This document shows positions 1 through 23,439 of a stretch of DNA of 64,000 nt, one piece after another. The first letter of the stretch is position 1; the number at the start of each line of letters is the position of its first letter. Below the pieces are notes generated by a model. It was given only the letters and a program-made list of their open reading frames with translations. It did not search any database and was not told where the DNA came from. The DNA is from Ramazzottius varieornatus (Eukaryota > Animalia > Tardigrada), in NCBI GenBank assembly GCA_001949185.1, contig BDGG01000004.1, positions 211,620 through 275,619 of the forward strand. Direction: 5' to 3'. A program made the position numbers and the translations under genes.

Positions 1-367
1 AAACTGACACAGTATGAAATCATGAGATTTAATTCTATTCAGAGCCGAAACCTGACTTGCGAAACACGTCTATTGACTTGGACAGGAAACGAAAACGCTA
101 TGCTTATTCGTGTTCAAGATCCGCAGTACTTCGCCGCGACAACGAGAGATTCAATGCTTTGTTCAATTGATTATAAAATGAAGATTTTCTCATGGGGAGA
201 ATAAAAACAAAAAGTCCTTTCCAAGACAAACAGGCCGTCACTGCTCAGTAATTGTCGAATTTCGTGGCACAAGACAATAGCATTCTGAGGTCTTTTTCAA
301 ACCAACCTGCCGTCCGATATGCGGCAAACAGTGCACCTATAAACCCCTGCAATTTTTCTGTTCGCAG

Positions 368-2307
368 GAAGGAGATGTCTCAGTTTTTGAGGTCACCATT
401 CGATATCTTGGCGGTCTGCTGTCCTGCTATGCGTTGACGAAAGACAAGGTATGAAATGGTATGAACGCGTTTTTTCGGACAAACTACAGTAGTCTTCTCA
501 GTGCGTATCGATTCTGGTGGTTTAATATTTAGACAGGGCGTTGTCTCGTATCAGCCCTGCCGCTGGAAAATTCTGATGTGACAAACAGCTGGGGAACGGC
601 TAGGTCGAACCTGACGTCACGGCTCAAACCGATGTGTTAGCCGTGTATGTACGCTGTACCCATTGAACCGTCACGTAGACAAAGCCGGATTCGCTTGAGT
701 TGACTGATCCGGACTGCGAGCTGAAAGTCACATGATAGGCACTACATACGGACAACGCATCCTCACAGTGGCTATTGCGCAGCGGCAGGGCTCTCTCGTA
801 TGGTCATTTACATCACTTGCAGCTTTTGCAGCCGAGAAACAACCAGTCCGTTCATCACCTTCGTCCAAGTCTTCATTTTAGATATTTTTGGGCAAAGCCG
901 AGGAGCTGGCTACTTCCCTCATCCCGGCCTTTGATTCGCCAATGGGAATTCCATACTCTCTGCTCAACCTGAGGACGTGAGTGGAATCGTACTTGACCCA
1001 GCTGCTTGGTCGCATGAACGACCGCAAGACTTAATTTGATCTCCGTAGTGGAAAAAAGTTGTAGCATTGTTGTTGGTGGTCATATGGGTGCAGACGTTTG
1101 CGTCGATGAAGATGTTTGTGCTTCTAGTAGTAAAGCCAAGCAAAACCCCAAATGGACTTCCGGGATGTCTATACTTTCCGAAGTTGGATCTCTGCAGCTG
1201 GAGTGGACTTACCTGTCAAAAGCCACAGGCAAGAATGTTTTCAGTGAAAAGGTGAGGTTGTACTTTTCACTCCGACCTAATGTTCGGCATTCCGTGGGTC
1301 ACGTTGACGTAGTCCATCTGACCCAACTGCAACTCGTTGACACGATCTTTACAGGTCGCAAAGATTATCCAGCATCTGTATAACTTGACAAAGCCGGCAG
1401 GATTATATTCAAACTATCTGGATTCAATGAGCGGGAAATGGGGCTCGAAGTACGTTTCGCTCGGTGCATACGGAGACAGCTTCTACGAATACCTATTCAA
1501 GATGTGGCTTTGGGGCGGTAAAACGGACAAACGGCTGAAAGAGATGTTCGACAGTGCACTAGTGGCTGTTGAGAAACACACGATGAAGACTTCGAAGGCC
1601 GGCCTGCTTTATTTTACACGGTTTCCCAACGGAGCTCTGGACCAGATGGAACATTTGGCATGCTTCGCTGGAGGCATGTATGCTCTATCTGCTCCACATG
1701 CGGCCCAGCCCGAACGTTCTATGGAAGTTGCGAGAAATGTCACCACAACATGCCACGAATCATACGCTCGGACTGGTGAATCAGCGCTATGTTTATTCTA
1801 CGTCTGGTTCAATATCTAATCAGCGTTTTCTCTCACCTTAGCATATCACTTAGGGCCAGACATCTTTAACGTAGATCCTAGCACGCCTGCCAGCACGGGA
1901 CGTGAAGGACACAAAGCTTATTTGTTACGTCCGGAGGTTATCGAGTCTTACTTCTACTTGTGGCGACTGACCAAGGAACCTAGGTACAGAGAATGGGGAT
2001 GCGAAGTGGCTCAGGTACAACTGACTTGGAACCCTGAGAATCTCTAATACGAAGCGCGCGCAGTCAGATTTCATCCCACTAGTTTCTGTTTCAGGCCATT
2101 GAAACGTACTGCCGTACACCAAGCGCATATTCTGGGATCCAAAACGTGTACAACAACGAAGTTGTCCACGACGATTCAATGCCAACGTTTTTCTTGGCGG
2201 AGACGCTGAAATACTTATTTCTTTTGTTTGCCGAAGACGATGTCCTTCCACTGGACAAGTGGGTCTTTAACACGGAAGCACATCCCCTACCAGTGCAAGT
2301 GCCATAA
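368..2307 (+). CDS. Class I alpha-1,2-mannosidase (glycoside hydrolase family 47), 5'-partial. Exons ~368-448, 882-976, 1128-1251, 1355-1776, ~1843-2013, ~2096-2307
   Basis: The spliced translation contains GH47 motifs SVFEVTIRYLGGLLS, SEVGSLQLEW, GAYGDSFYEYL, MEHLACFAGGM, YLLRPEVIES, FFLAETLKY and FNTEAHP. Introns are GT-AG and the stop is TAA at 2305-2307. The N-terminus lies upstream of the window. Confidence 0.95.
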
Positions 2308-2390
2308 CTCGATCAAAAACCAAGATCGATTATCATACGGCAATAACCATTACTCTTCCAGGCTGTAGGGCTGCCCAGTGGTTCTCATGA

Positions 2391-2678
2391 TTCTCCAGCA
2401 AAATTTTCCTGCAGAACTTTCACATATGGGTTCTACACCTCACTTTGTGACATTTTTTATGGATGAGAGACTTCAACTTTGGATATCTTCCGATATTCTC
2501 GTCCGAGTTTAACGAAGTGGATTTTAGCAGATACCATAGAGCTTGCTCTCCAGAATGGGTATGATTTTGTGCTGTAACGCTTTCTCAAGACAGAAAAGAA
2601 ACGACTCGGTCGAATTGTCCTCAAAAGTGAGGTGTGGAACCCACATGGGGACGTTCTGCAGGAAAATTTTGCTGGAGA
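2391..2678. repeat. Inverted-repeat (MITE-like) element
   Basis: TCTCCAGCAAAATTTTCCTGCAGAAC...CACCTCACTTT (2392-2446) is the reverse complement of AAAGTGAGGTG...GTTCTGCAGGAAAATTTTGCTGGAGA (~2624-2678). Confidence 0.7.
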
Positions 2679-3312
2679 TGTCTTTTTGTTCTGTCGATAG
2701 AGCAATGCTTGTACTACATTTTGGCCAATTGGGTTTTGCCGTGTGCCTGCCACGTGACGGGACAGCGGCGGTCAAAAATGGCCTATATTTCCTTGTCTGA
2801 ACCACCGACCCTTACGGGTTGATTGCTTGAACTAGCGGCTTGCCTGTCACGTGAGCCGAAATTTTACAGCGTGTTCTTTCTGGTGGTATCAGAATTGTAA
2901 AAACCGGACGACGGGTTGAAGACGTACAGTACGAGCAATCAAATGGAGACCATGGTCGTACGATGACCCGTGACCGTGACTTTATTCGGTGCTGAAGCCA
3001 TAGCACATATGGTGCCCGATCCACTGATGCTAAATAGAGAGCCAGAGAGGCCCGCCTTCCGTTATACATGGTTTCCATTTCGCGCCTGCTGAGTGCATAG
3101 CAGGCACAGATCGGAAAGAGCGTCTTACCATTGACGCTCCCTACGGTTTCTATTGGACCTTAGGGAAACCTAAAAAACTCAAGTCTGTCGGACATGAAAG
3201 TTCCTGACTTGCACCAAATTGCCACCAAATTGCCACCGAACAGCACCCCGACGAAGCCCAATTCTATTTTTGACACGAATTCAAGGCTCCAGACGCTCTT
3301 CGAATCGGGTTA

Positions 3313-3679
3313 CTGTATCACCTCCGATAATTTATGTACGTCACAGCTATCTCTCTTGTAATGAAGTTTGCGATAAATCAAGCCGAAATCTCTTCTACGT
3401 CAATGGAGTACGTCATTTCAGTTCTTTTTACAGTAAACACATCAGAAAACCGCCGGAAGTGCTATGGTCCAGTTTGTGAAGAAGCCTTTGACTGAACAGC
3501 TGATTCACTAGTACTAGTACCGGACATAAGTCGCTACAGCTTTGCGCGATTGATTCGCCTTCTTGATTGACTCCAGGGACGTCATAGCCTCTTCGGCAAG
3601 TCAGCTATCGCAAACTCAGCATGTGTGTTTTTGTAGAAAACGTATCAGTGACGTACATAAATTATCGGAGGTAATACAG
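3313..3679. mobile_element. Tc1/mariner-type MITE with TA target duplication
   Basis: TIRs of ~32 bp: CTGTATCACCTCCGATAATTTATGTACGTCAC / GTGACGTACATAAATTATCGGAGGTAATACAG. TA flanks at 3311-3312 and 3680-3681. Confidence 0.85.
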
Positions 3680-3768
3680 TATAGCTGGTGTCGTCGATAG
3701 CGTTTTTAAGCAGTACGACGAGCAAGGTCTTACTTTGCTCAGCGTACAACTTTGCTCACCATAAGGTA

Positions 3769-3889
3769 CTGTAATGCTTCTTGAACTTCGCGAATCACGC
3801 CATTGCAAGCTCATGCTACATGCGTCATCATAGCCGTCAACTTCATGCGTACTGTGACGTCAGTCCACGATGTTCAACAAGCATTACGG
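3769..3889. mobile_element. Tiny TA-flanked MITE
   Basis: CTGTAATGCTTCTTGAAC / GTTCAACAAGCATTACGG inverted ends, with TA on both sides. Confidence 0.6.
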
Positions 3890-4425
3890 TACGCCACGAG
3901 CTATGCACAGGCTTCTTAGGCTTTGTGACTTAGCCGTGACGTTGGTGAGCAGAGTCGTACGCTGAGCGAAGTAAGACCTCGCTCGTCGTACTGCTCGCCA
4001 TGAACACTCCAGCAAAATACTGCGACTCGATTATTGGATCTCCAGCGCGACTTGATTACTTGATTAAATCCGTCAAAGCGCAGTGTAATCCATGTGCTAT
4101 GTGATTTAGCCGTTTGACCTCGACATGCTGTGTGGTGAATGTTTAGCAAGTCTTAAACTGAAACCAAAACATGTCCAGATTTCGAGCGAACGGACTGCAC
4201 TACGTTCGGCTATTCATCAGAAGACCGTTCTAAGTTGAAGTTTTGTTCGTTTGTTCAGAGATATTCCTTTCTTCGACCACTTGGATGACACAGGAAATGA
4301 TTATACGATCCCTACACAAAGACTCAGAAGTATTTACAATTCAAACTAAAGTACTGTACACGTGTACTATTGTATGTTACAACTCGCTTCGCCAGGAAAT
4401 CCACATCTACCGCCATCTTCCTTGT

Positions 4426-6193
4426 TTAGCAGTATGGTAAAAAATTAATGGCCGCACATGCCGGAGCTGATGGCCGGTAATCGAAGTACTGTCCGGCAGA
4501 GCATGTCTGGACACTCTGCGATGTTGCACTAGCGCAATAGCACCAATACGGACTGCAGGGATTCAACGTGAAGTAGTTGAACGAGGTCCCATATCGACCG
4601 GCGCAGTTGTTCGTGTTGCACATGGCTGCCAAACTGGTTGGGACGGTGGGCCACGCAGCGGGCGTCGGGGTGGTGGTGGGTGTCTTCATCGGACACCAGG
4701 TGGAGTTCCCTGCTTTGCACCTACCGGTCGAGCCGTCGTAGTAGGTCCCGCTCTGGCAGCCGTACAGCGTGGCAACACCGTTATTGCAGCCGCAAAGGAT
4801 GCTACTGCATGGCCATACCTGGTAGTAGGCGTTAGCTTTGCCTGAACAATAGGCGGCGTTACATACATCGTAACCCTTTGGTTTTCCGATGCTTGCGGCG
4901 GCGGTGGTCGTGGTCGGGGTCGTAGGTGCGACTGAGGTGGTGGTAGCCTTGGTTGTCGTGGTGGAACTTGTGGGTGCTCTCGTTGTGGTGGCGGTGATGG
5001 TGGTGACAGTTGTTGTGGTTGTTCCCGAGCCAGCGTTGGCATTCAACCCGTTCGACCCTCCGCACAGGCAGGTGGCTTTACAGCTGTCTTTGAAAGAGCT
5101 GGTGGAGCATGCCCCACTGGAAGACATCAGAGTGGCGCAGTTGGAGTACACATCGGTGTATGGACATGGGTTTGCTGCAATGGAGTCATTTACAATACTG
5201 AAAACTGATTAGTTTGGTTCTGATCAGATGAGAACTTACTGCACAGTTTCCCTTGGCTACAATTATTGGGACAAGCGGCACAAGAAGTTCCTGACTGGTA
5301 GACACTCTGCCCGTTGTAGTTCCCACTGTAGGAACCATACTTCATATAGTTCATGTTTTTGACTTCGACAAAAATTTAGAGCTGCAGTTTTTCAGAAACA
5401 CCTCGTGACGTGAAACAAACGACAAACTTACGCAGGGCAGTAGTTGCAGACGAAGAAATTCATGGATCCGCAGTTCGCCCAGCCGCAACCGATTTGCCAT
5501 GTTTTGGCCCAAACAATCTGCGAGAGAAAGGCTCATTGAGTTATCAGAAAACATAACTTCGATCACTGGATGTGTTCTCCAGTTCTCCAGCAGCATTTCA
5601 CCTGCGTGTAATGACCAGTAACGGCATTCGTGGAACACGTTGTGGCAGTGCTGTCGGTGCAGCTATTAACTTCATTGTACCACAAGTCTATCACCGTTTT
5701 CCACGACATGGGCGTACTTCCGCTGTTCATGGCGATATTTTGACCACAGCGGAATTCTGAAAGAAAACCCGACTATTAAGACAGAAAGATGAGCTTTCAG
5801 ACAGCGGAACAGAATATTCAGGTGATACATACGGGACGTGGTACGATTGTTGGAGTCGTTGTGTTGGTAGACGCAGTTGCTGGCGTGTTGTTGGGCACCA
5901 GCGGCGGCTTCGGCATTCCACTGGATTTCTAGCATGTTAGTGGCTGTGGGGGACGGCTTAGTACGAAGACAGTTGTGCTTCCGAACAATGTAGTCTCTAA
6001 CGGCCTGTTGGGACGGGTTGACAAGTGTGGAAGTGGTCTGGTCAATGGGGGTGGTCTGGTTGACCAGTGGATAGGTGTATAGGTTGGAAGCAGCATATGG
6101 CGACGCGCTTGGTGTGCAGTACTGTGCATCAGCCAAGGGCAGTGCGGCAAACCCGGAAAGGGCATTCAGAGCCAAAAGGAAAAAATTACTCAT
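4426..6193 (-). CDS. Secreted CRISP-like protein: signal peptide, CAP/SCP domain, hinge + ShK-like (ICR) domain, Thr-rich stalk, two chitin-binding type-2-like Cys domains. Exons 6193-5833, 5756-5602, 5517-5432, 5325-5241, 5174-4426
   Basis: The in-frame spliced product has HNCLR, WNAEAA, CGQNIA, WYNE, GHYTQIVWAKTWQIGCG, FFVCNYCPAGN and CAACPNNC..LCTNPCPYTDVYSNC..CKATCLC. It ends with two C..G.Y[YF]D....C modules. Confidence 0.9.
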
Positions 6194-7291
6194 TTTGGTC
6201 AGTAGCTGAAAATAGTCCTCAAACTGAAGAAAATGCTGTTGGCAAAAGGGTATTAGAGCCAGAACAGAACTGAAAAGACGAGCCAAATTATGGGCTTTTA
6301 TCCGGAAAGCAGTGCCAGTTTGTGAAGCAGGAAGTGCCAAAAATGCGGAAATTTTCGCCTAAACATTTGCGTGCTTATGTTTTCCAGTCTCTTTACGATC
6401 TCGTGAAATAAGCGTGTTCTAGAAGAATTTGATGTAGTGCAAGGCCCTGGACAGCGTAGTGTTCTGTGAATGGGGAGGTACTAAAACCGAAGACACTTGA
6501 AATTCGGGTGACTAGGCTTGATTCACAGTGGTAGCCAAGTGCCAAGCCAACGCTCAAGTTCACTGCCTTATAAAACTTACCTTCGCTTTTATCGCCACAT
6601 TTTACGTGTTTTTCATGATTTCTAACGGAAAGTAATACCGCATGGTCGAACTTTGGAGTACAAATTCCGGGACAGCTATTTTTAGTCAGCATCTGCTCAA
6701 ACAGCGCTGAACGACCGACTGCTCAATGTCTAACACTGGGCTGATCGACCGCACAAGACTAAGAATAAGTACCAAACGGCCACCATTCGCCAAGCGTTTT
6801 CGTTGGATCCAGTGTGTTTCTCTTATTTTCCAGTTGCCACTGGGAGCTGCTTGATCCTTCGTAATCCCGCCGAGCGAAGCGAGGCGTTTTAGGTTAAGTT
6901 TGACCACAAAGGAACAAAGGAATGACGCTTTTTGGGACGGACTCGGCGCCAAACGCATGGCCATTGGCTAGCGCGCCACAGCGGATCTGAAACAGCGCAC
7001 GCCCTTGCGTGATTCGTTCACCCGCGCACATGCATACTCAGCAGCAGTTGAATGTTCCTGGCTAGCAGTGTGCCTGTGCATGGCCAGTCGTAGTTTCTGA
7101 TTCCTGATCGAACATACGGAAGCGAGAAGCTCCATGCTTTCCCCAAACTCCTACAAACTCCTGCGAAGCGCGGATCCACTTTCTTGGAGCAACCGTCAGT
7201 TCAACCCATGCTGTGAGCAGCTGATCTTCCCGGTCCGGGTAATCTCTTCCCAAAAGACCCCGACAGAACGGAGGGACGAGAAAAAGAGTCG

Positions 7292-7356
7292 CGGGAGGGG
7301 TTAAGGGGATGGGGAAGGAGGGCGGGGGAGGGGGGAAGGGGGTGGAAGAAGGGGGA
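7292..7356 (+). repeat. G-rich purine tract with G-quadruplex potential
   Basis: At least nine runs of three or more G within ~65 bp. Confidence 0.5.
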
Positions 7357-7523
7357 AGTCGTGAAGACGTTGCATCAGGATTGTAGTGTTCAAGCCGAGC
7401 GGAGAGGGCGTTCTCGATCGAAAGCGTCCCATGTTAAGTTTGGCAACCCACGGCAGACTCGGAGCCAACCGCATGCCCATTGGCCGCTTTGCGCAACGGG
7501 AAATTGCGACGTGGCCACCGAAC

Positions 7524-8039
7524 TAAGGTTGTGCGTCCAGGCCATACCCTCTTGGAATGGAAAATGGGAAATTAATTCCTGACATTCCTATGTTCCTAAT
7601 TTCCTTTTCCAAAATCCTCCGATGGAAACTTGGAATTCCAAAACACTGTGAAAACGTATGTTATCGTGGGCATATCGATCAAGTTGTGCAATTTCTGCGC
7701 GAATAATGCTTGTACCATGCGGACGAATGCCTTTTCGGTCCAAAGTATTCCTGCTAACCGTCAGATATCACAGCCACGTCGAAAAAGCTGACCGTGCATC
7801 CTATAAAACCCACCATTTTTGTGGGTTCGAGAGACCTTCGATCAGGTGATCCGTTAACTTATCTGCAAAATTTGAATAACAGCGGAATTCCTCATGGAAT
7901 TCCTACTAGTTTTCCAGATTTCGCCTGTTTTCCAGAATAGGAATTCCACCGTTCCAAATCCACACCCCTTGGAACAGAAAGGAATTCCTGGAAAGGAACG
8001 GAATATGGAAAGGAATGGAACTTGGAATGCGTAACCTTA
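7524..8039. mobile_element. hAT-type MITE
   Basis: Ends TAAGGTTGTGC / GCGTAACCTTA. Perfect 8-bp TSD CACCGAAC (7516-7523 and 8040-8047). Subterminal GGAA/TTCC repeats. Confidence 0.85.
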
Positions 8040-8948
8040 CACCGAACTGAAGGTCCTTGAAAGGGCGAAATACGCTTGGCTCCCGATTGTTAAATTGTTG
8101 TTAGAAAACAGCACCGGGATGACGTTGCCTACTCTGGTCTTCTTCCTGAGACACCTAAAGAAGGACTACCAGCTGCAAATCTTTCCACGGTGAAAAATGG
8201 TACAGAGATGTTGCCCAGCCCGTTAGTACTAACTACAGTAGTATGACAGTGCCACAGACAGGGAAACAACAACAGAAGGCCGCTCGGATTTGTATTGCTT
8301 CTAGATTACCGATGCTGCTCGCTTGGCAGAGGGAACTCCGTCCACTGAATCCACAACGTGGCTCGTTTTCTGGGTGGTGATCCGCCAGGCCAGCTCAGGT
8401 TTCGTTCAAATGGCCAGACCACTGGCGCGTCGTGCGTATGGAGCGAGCGTCGCTATGCACATCCACCGATCATCGGGGAGAACAGGCAATAACGCTACCG
8501 GGTACGGCAGCTACAAATATTTCGTCCGAAGATTCGTTGCAGTAGTAGGATTCGGAAGCGAAATCCGCCACATTGGCTGCCACAGCGAGACACAAAGTCC
8601 GCTCCGGTCGAATGAGAATAACTGTTTCAAAGTGAAGTCAATCACGTTTACGGTTTCCAAAGCACGTTTACGGTTTCAGTGATCATCTTGAGAACTGGTA
8701 TAGAGTGCGTTGCTCGTACAGGACAAAGACCAACACCACTACGTCGATGACCTGTAGGTGCATGGTGGCATTTGAAGTGCACCTCTCAGCCGGTGGCCGG
8801 TAATTTTGTCCCGGCCGGTAATTTTGTCCCGGCCGATAATAAGGCGAACTGCGCGTATCGTGAGTGTACGCACAAGAAACCCATTGAAGTCCTTTACCCT
8901 TCGCTGATTAGAAACCAAATTCATCCTCCCTTGGCCCGTGTAGGCCTA

Positions 8949-9545
8949 AGCTCTGTTTCATCTACCGATGGGTGGTACTTTTGGCCTCCTGGCCAACCCA
9001 TCCAACATTTTTTATGGATACTTTCACGGCCATAGTTCTTAGTTCGCGAGGCGGGTCAACTTGACCGTTTTAGAAAGTTAAGATCAGCTTTCGATCATCC
9101 CGCTACGGGGGAAGATCAGGCGATAGGATCTCTGATCCTCAGTATATACGATCCTCCACACAGTCGTACGCGTGAATCCGTCCCGGGTAGTGAGCACGCG
9201 GCAGACCGGCCAATCAACGGTCAGCCGTCAATCAGTCGAAAAGATTNNNNNNNNNNNNNNNNNNNNNNNNNNNNNNNNNNNNNNNNNNNNNNNNNNCGTG
9301 CTCACTACCCGGGACGGATTCACGCGTACGACTGTGTGGAGGATCGTACATACTGAGGATCAGAGATCCTATCAGTTGATCTTCCCCGGTAGCGGGATGA
9401 TCGAAAGCTGATCTTAACTTTCTAAAACGGTCAAGTTGACCGCCTCGCGAACTAAGAACTATGGCCGTAAAAGAATCCATAAGAAATGTTGGATGGGTTG
9501 GCCAAGAGGCTAAAAGTACCACCCATCGGTAGGTGAAACTGAGCT
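8949..9545. mobile_element. Long-TIR fold-back DNA element, copy 1 (assembly gap in centre)
   Basis: Near-perfect inverted arms of ~250 bp (AGCTCTGTTTCATCTACCGATGGGTGGTACTTTT... / ...AAAAGTACCACCCATCGGTAGGTGAAACTGAGCT). Same family as 16076-16701. Confidence 0.85.
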
Positions 9546-10181
9546 CAGTGTACACTTAAACGCTCGCTTTGTCGCAGTTCGCGCACAATACTTCCCCCGG
9601 AATAAACGATACGGCACTTATTACCGATTGTCGCATACGGTTTTCGCTTCATGCATATGGAAATCTTGATTCTATAAACACGATAATCTAGTCCCGTCTG
9701 AAAAAAACGTGTCACCGCTAGTGTCTCGTCTGAAACAGGCTTTTTGATTTTTTCACTCGAGAGGAAGATTCCAAGCGCTAGATCTGGTACAGGGTAACCT
9801 ATTAGCTTCGATTACAGCTACATGCAGAACAAGGGTATGTGTCTCAGGCTTCCAGGCAGAAGAATTTAATTTTGATGTCAGCGGCTATGTACAAAACAGA
9901 TGTAATATTCCTCCAGCATGAGCAGAATTTGAGAGTCTATCAATCGGGTATGCTAAGGACTAACCAACCACAAGCTAGAACAGGTGATCTACAGTATACA
10001 AAAGAAAGAGATGTACATAAAGAAAATATAGTATGGGCATCAGTTTCTTTTTCAGAGCAGTTTGATCAACGGTATCGCTATTTCAAAGACAGGCGAGTTT
10101 TTGAAAAACATTTTCCTGCAAATTTTCCATCACGAGAATAAATAAACAATTTAGACAGCCACATTACGCAATGGAAGCCAG

Positions 10182-20694
<10,513 letters not shown>

Positions 20695-23439
20695 ATTACC
20701 CAAATCAACCCGCGCAGCAACCAATCTCAAAGAATCTCAACGTCCATCTTCCGTTGTAGCCATTATACTTCCCTGTGATGAAAAACATGATCTTAGCGGT
20801 CGCTCGAGGTGAAAACAGAGGGTGTAAAAACGAAGTGAGGAGAGCTTACGTGGAAATGTTGGTGAAGTGATGTTAGACACACACACGAACACACGCTGAG
20901 TCTTCACAATACGATCGAATACCAATGTTGTACTGAGGAAAAGTCTCCCTTAACCGTCTCTTGGCTCTTGGCTGGAGACGAGTGGTGCATTTTGAGTTCG
21001 GTGGATGTGTGGCAGCTGTTGGCAAGAGCGGCGCAGTAGATGTAGATGAGGAATCCAATCAAGCTCTTCCTGCCAAAGGACGCAACAAGCAGAAATTCGA
21101 TAAAGGCAACATTCCAACAGTGATTCCGTTTGGCATTAATCACTCCAGGGCTGCTCTGGGCTGCTGTACAGTCGACAGTGTTTCCAGTTAGAGTTCAGAC
21201 TTCAGACTGTGCTGGTACTTATAAATATACGTAAACGCCACCGTCGCCCAGCCTTTTCATTCCATCTCAATGGCACTCTAAACAGTCTTCCTTCCAGCTG
21301 TAAACGAGCCTTTCAGCGCAAATCACTAACAACACTGGGCGCTGTGAAAACATCAGCTGACTGCTGATTCGATACTCGCCGTTAGTAGAACCAAATAGAA
21401 ACCACGGCTCTTGTCACTAGCATCCACCAGCTCAACTTACGCTATTTCTATCCATGCAACCCATACATGGCTGAACAAGCCAACCTTGAATCAAGAATCA
21501 ATAATCCAAAGCCACATGGAACATGACCGGTTTAAAACGGGCAACTAACGTCGTCGCAGCCGCTCATACTGATGGAATGAAAGAGCCGGTTTCTATTGGA
21601 GCGAGCTATTCTTCTTTGAAATCAGCTGTACAGATTCGATTCGATCCCGATCAAACCAATCAAAGAGCAGTTCAAGCTTCTAGCGTACAACAGCACAGTT
21701 TAATGAGTCTATTCTGTTTAATTTTCTCACCAGGTATCAGCACCGTTTATGGACGATCGTCGGTGTGTGGAACTCCACCAGGAACGCCATCCATCCATAA
21801 TTCAACAAAGGTAAGACGGACAAACGTAAAGATTGATCGAGCTATTTTCGGTCCAGGCGCAATCAAACCACGCTGCCGTCGACGGAATGATGCAATGTTT
21901 CCAGTGAGCGTAATCGTTGGACGTCGTCGTCGTGGGCTAAAATGGGCAACAGAAAGTGCGAGATAGCTTTTGACACATGGCACAGCCGATGATAATAATT
22001 CCGCAGAGTTGCTGAGGCCTAGTTCATATCCATATCTCGCACACTCGTAGTGTAGGTACTACTGTTGTAGTCATCAATCCTGGCTTACTTGGCCAGCATG
22101 TCCCCAATATCACATTCCGCCAAAGATTACTCAGTGTGGGTTCTGCAAAACTTGATGACTTGATCTATCCACCTTATTACGAGTCAAAGAGAAACTCTGA
22201 GCAAATTCCAGCACAGATTTAGAGTTACTGTTTCGCAGACTGCTCTTTCTGCGAAGTGTGAAACAGCTGTCAAAATGAACAGCTGCAGTAATGTGGCTAC
22301 GATGAACTCACCCCAATCAAACCAACACGTATGCGCGTTTTGGCAGGTAGTATACTTTATCTGCCCGGCTGCTTGCCATTCATAGTGCAAAAGGGATTAT
22401 GGTTGGTCGAGCGGTACATTTTTAGCAGCAGAATTTGAATGATGTTCCGACACGCAGATGCCTTTGTTGCATCACTTGCACGTATTGTGCAGGGTGCAGC
22501 ACCTACTTCCGCTACGAACCAAGGTCAAAGGTTAGCAAGCATCCAAAGCAGATGGACCTTTGACCAGCGCATGTCCAATTCAGTAAGAAGGACGCCTGCT
22601 TTTCTTTGCCTCTCGATAATAACTCACGGACTGCCTTTGCAGTCTTCATTTCTGTCGGAATGTTTTATGAGCAGCATAATGCAATCTTTTTTCGTGATAA
22701 TGTCTTTTAGAAGGGCATCCAACGAGGAGGTCCAAAGTTTAGACTTTTTCCAAATCGGTTCCACTCAGACCAGTTGCGTTGTCCGCATTACTTGGAACAC
22801 TTTGAAAACTGGATTTTACAGTGCTTGTATGTATATACTTTGTATAGCATGGAAAATTGGAAATGGATGTATGGTTGAACATGGCGGAAGTAAAAAATCG
22901 CAAAGTATTCGTGGAACCAGAAAACACCAACAGACTACTGCAACTCTAGGCTCTAGCGCAAGCTACTCGTACAGTCAAGAGGTTTGTTTAGCAGACATTG
23001 CTGACTTGATCAAACAATGTACGATGACGATACAGCGAAGAGATACTTTGGACCAACAATTTGATCAGTTACTCGTTTGCTACGGGGTTGACTAGACTTT
23101 GTCGTACTTGTCCGAACTGCGCTTTTGTCAAACACAAATAAAAATGAGAATTTGAAGACCACCGCTTACCGGTCCCGCACTGTTCGCAGAGACCGGTACT
23201 GGACCTTGAGTCAGAGTGTTGTTAGGTCGGTAATGTCATGAGGTGTACGTATATGTGTCTAACAATTCAGGGACTGAAGAGCACCCGATCCCGACCGAGA
23301 TCGCGATTCAAGACCCGAAACTCGAGAAAGTCGTGGGACCTTGACTAAACCACATTGGTGTTTTATTCCACTTTCCTATCAACGTGCTGTCGACTGTTCC
23401 AAGTGAAAAGACTTTTCAAAATATGCTCTGTTAATCAGC

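Noticed and set aside
4889-5212. Val-rich 'membrane' ORF on the + strand
   Set aside because: It is the antisense shadow of the Thr-rich stalk of the CRISP-like gene.
22439-23095. 218-aa ORF between MAST and Rab28
   Set aside because: No recognisable motif, atypical composition and no splice support. Probably a chance ORF in UTR or intergenic DNA.
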